Both the position numbers and the translations under genes were made by a program. Shown in pieces: positions 63,620 to 64,000 of a stretch of 64,000 nucleotides of DNA. The stretch's first letter is position 1. The number at the start of each line of letters is the position of its first letter. Source of the DNA: Callorhinchus milii (lineage: Eukaryota); NCBI RefSeq assembly GCF_018977255.1, contig NW_024704742.1:91452001-91516000 (forward strand), given 5' to 3'. The notes below the pieces were generated by a model. The model saw only the letters and a list, made by a program, of their open reading frames with translations. It was not told the origin of the DNA and did no database searches.

Positions 63620-63900
63620 ACTGGTTGGTGAGTCAGTGAATAGAGAGCATCAATTTAAGATAACTACCAAAGATCCAAAGCGGGAGGATTAGAAGGATGT
63701 TTTTATACAGAGTCGCTAGGATATGGAATGCCCTGCTGGATGCAGTAGTGAAGGTAATATCCATAGAAGCTTTCACAATAGGGAACTAACACCTATCTAA
63801 AATGAAGTAATTTTCTGGGGTATGGGAAAAAGCAGGTAAATAGGAACTTTTTTAAAGAGCCAAAACAGTCACAATGGGCCAATATCCTTCTGTACTGTAA
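63620..63900 (+). mobile_element. Degraded CR1 3' fragment
   Basis: ttatttccactggttggtgagtc...tttttatacagag...tggaatgccctgc. Confidence 0.65.
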
Positions 63901-64000
63901 ATTTCTTTTGTTCCAGCAGAGAGCAGTAGATTTAAGTACTGTGCCAAGATTGTCTTATGAGATAAAGTCATGCCTTCAAAACCTTGTAAGGGAAAGAATG

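Overview
Vertebrate genomic DNA. The repeat content (tRNA-headed SINEs with L2 tails, Deu-domain SINEs, CR1 and L2 LINEs, a Penelope-type palindrome) points to a cartilaginous fish; this is inference. I built four gene models by hand from reading frames and splice sites. (1) A candidate single-exon 106-aa two-TM membrane protein (+, 4449-4769). (2) A 16-exon REXO1-like DEDDh exonuclease gene (+, 7901-34189, about 1200 aa) with a 1-nt frameshift in exon 1, a His in place of the first catalytic Asp and a shifted donor site. (3) A 4-exon divergent DMBX1-like K50 paired-type homeobox gene with an OAR motif (+, 48931-54454, 346 aa). (4) The last five kinase and tail exons of TEK/Tie2 (-, 59619-63154). 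The main hypothesis is that this is a block of retained whole-genome-duplication paralogues (DMBX-like, REXO1-like, possibly TMEM275-like) beside TEK that human lacks at this locus. Notable non-coding features are an L2 inserted into a CR1 at the homologous RT codon, a long palindrome with a hammerhead-ribozyme-like core and an 11-bp flanking direct repeat, a pre-miRNA-sized hairpin in the homeobox gene, and interleaved inverted repeats in a TEK intron. All protein-family and synteny comparisons are from memory, not database searches. Repeat boundaries are approximate.
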